A DNA stretch of 32,000 nt, taken from Mycolicibacterium smegmatis (GTDB lineage: Bacteria > Actinomycetota > Actinomycetes > Mycobacteriales > Mycobacteriaceae). Shown here piece by piece: positions 30,979 to 32,000 of the stretch. The number at the start of each line of letters is the position of its first letter. Position 1 is the first letter of the stretch. The stretch lies in contig NZ_LN831039.1 in the NCBI RefSeq assembly GCF_001457595.1, positions 4,560,001 through 4,592,000 of the forward strand, given 5' to 3'. Made by a program: the position numbers and the translations under genes. Under the pieces are notes generated by a model. It saw only the letters and a list, made by a program, of their open reading frames with translations, searched no databases and was not told the DNA's origin.

Positions 30979-32000
30979 CGTTTCCCGTCTTGGCTCTGAC
31001 CCCATGCCGCGGTCAGCGCCGCGAGCTCGTCGGACGACAGACCCGACGCCTCCATGGGCGCATGGTGGACATCCTGCGCGGCCGAGCCCTCACCCGCGGC
31101 ATCGATCGCCGCGGCGAGCTCCGACAGAACCGGATGTTCGAACACCATGCGCGCGGTCATCGCCACACCCGCGTCGCGCGCGCGTGCCGCGAGTTGCACC
31201 GCGAGGATGCTGTCACCGCCGAGGGTGAAGAAGTCGTCGTGGCGGCCCACCTGTGTGACGCCCAGCAGCTCGACGAGCATCGCGGCCACGGCACGTTCGG
31301 TGGGCGTGGCCGGCGCCTCGAACGGACCCGACGCCGTGGCGCTCACGCGCGGGCGGGTCAGGGCGGCCGGGGTGAGGTCGTCGACGACGGTGATTGCGGC
31401 GCCGGCGAATTCGTCGGGCAGCGCGGTGCGTACCTGCTCGGCGAACTGCGGGTCCGCGGCGTGAGCTGCGTCGGCCACCACGTATGCGGCCAGCAACGGC
31501 GCCGAGCGGTTCTCCCAGTACCGCGTCGCCGCGGCGGCCACGCCGTCAACGGCCTCCAGCGCGGCCTGCAGCCGCGGTTCACCGGCGGTGACGGGCTCGA
31601 GCCTGCCGTCGGAGGTCCAGCGTGCCCGGTCCCCGGTGCGGTACAGCCGGCCCGCGCCGAAGGGGTTGGGCACGAAGCGTTGTGCGGCAACGCCGTTCGC
31701 GGCTTCAGCCGACGCATCCACAGCGCCGCCTGCGTAGTACACGTCGCCGATCACGCCTATCGCCACCGGCTCGAGCCACTCGTCGAGCACGTAGACGTTG
31801 GTGGCGCCCTCGGTCTGCGGTAGCGCAGGCGGCACCGCGCGGCGGCTCCAGTCCTCGATCAGCAGCGTGCGCTCGTCCGCGTCGATCACCGCGATGTCGC
31901 GCAGCGTCGTGTCGGCGTCGGTCGCGAACGCGTCGATGATCCGGTGCAGCCACCCGATGAGACGTCGCGCGGTCGCGGGCTCGTACAACTCGGTGCGGTA
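30975..32000 (-). CDS. mbtE: mycobactin NRPS, 3' portion only (end of a C domain, degenerate A-domain remnant, terminal PCP); N-terminus beyond the right window edge
   Basis: The frame is open to base 32000 ([19 protein letters not shown]...). PCP motif [21 protein letters not shown] coupling to mbtF. Confidence 0.9.
   Translation of the reverse strand, partial: YRTELYEPATARRLIGWLHRIIDAFATDADTTLRDIAVIDADERTLLIEDWSRRAVPPALPQTEGATNVYVLDEWLEPVAIGVIGDVYYAGGAVDASAEAANGVAAQRFVPNPFGAGRLYRTGDRARWTSDGRLEPVTAGEPRLQAALEAVDGVAAAATRYWENRSAPLLAAYVVADAAHAADPQFAEQVRTALPDEFAGAAITVVDDLTPAALTRPRVSATASGPFEAPATPTERAVAAMLVELLGVTQVGRHDDFFTLGGDSILAVQLAARARDAGVAMTARMVFEHPVLSELAAAIDAAGEGSAAQDVHHAPMEASGLSSDELAALTAAWGQSQDGKR

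Noticed and set aside
27343-30999. 1218-aa plus-strand ORF covering almost all of mbtF
   Set aside because: It is antisense to a gene with unambiguous NRPS motifs. The product is Arg/Gly/His/Pro-rich with no recognisable domains. Long stop-free antisense frames are expected at about 68% GC.
25012-32000. IdeR iron box controlling the mycobactin genes
   Set aside because: All junctions here are overlapping or coupled (mbtE/F ATGA, mbtF/G GTGA, mbtG/H 23-nt overlap), so there is no promoter spacer. The regulated promoter should lie upstream, outside the window.

Overview
High-GC (about 67-68%) actinobacterial chromosome, almost certainly a fast-growing Mycobacterium/Mycolicibacterium (M. smegmatis-like). 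From memory, gene order matches M. tuberculosis Rv2341-Rv2380c. Left to right: a LipJ-like hydrolase-cyclase fusion (cut by the window edge), tRNA-Asn, two small genes, dnaG, dgt, and a TPM-domain membrane protein. A repeat-rich intergenic region carrying one IS630-family element follows, then glyS and the smtB-zur zinc operon. Next come a Nudix gene, a conserved hypothetical, uppS and recO, an amidase on the opposite strand, and the tightly coupled phoH-ybeY-CNNM-(cdd-like)-era block. After that are an untracked 55-aa secreted-peptide ORF, dctA, rsmE, dnaJ2, hrcA and a small ParB/Srx-like gene. The window ends with the distal mycobactin cluster (mbtH, mbtG, mbtF, 3' part of mbtE). There is no rRNA and no CRISPR array. 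I found no convincing novel multi-gene system (defence, toxin-antitoxin, secretion or similar); the window is mostly conserved housekeeping DNA. The items worth a second look are small-scale: a 129-bp long palindrome beside the IS630 insertion; a compact smtB promoter/operator with a Zur-box-like dyad inside the first codons; the secreted-peptide ORF; a catalytically degenerate cdd-like gene; a vestigial adenylation domain at the end of MbtE; a terminal C/E-like MbtF domain with an altered HHxxxDG motif; a 3x12-bp repeat giving three in-frame starts for mbtG; and a possible coupled uORF. All functional calls rest on motif recognition by eye and remembered synteny. No database search was run.
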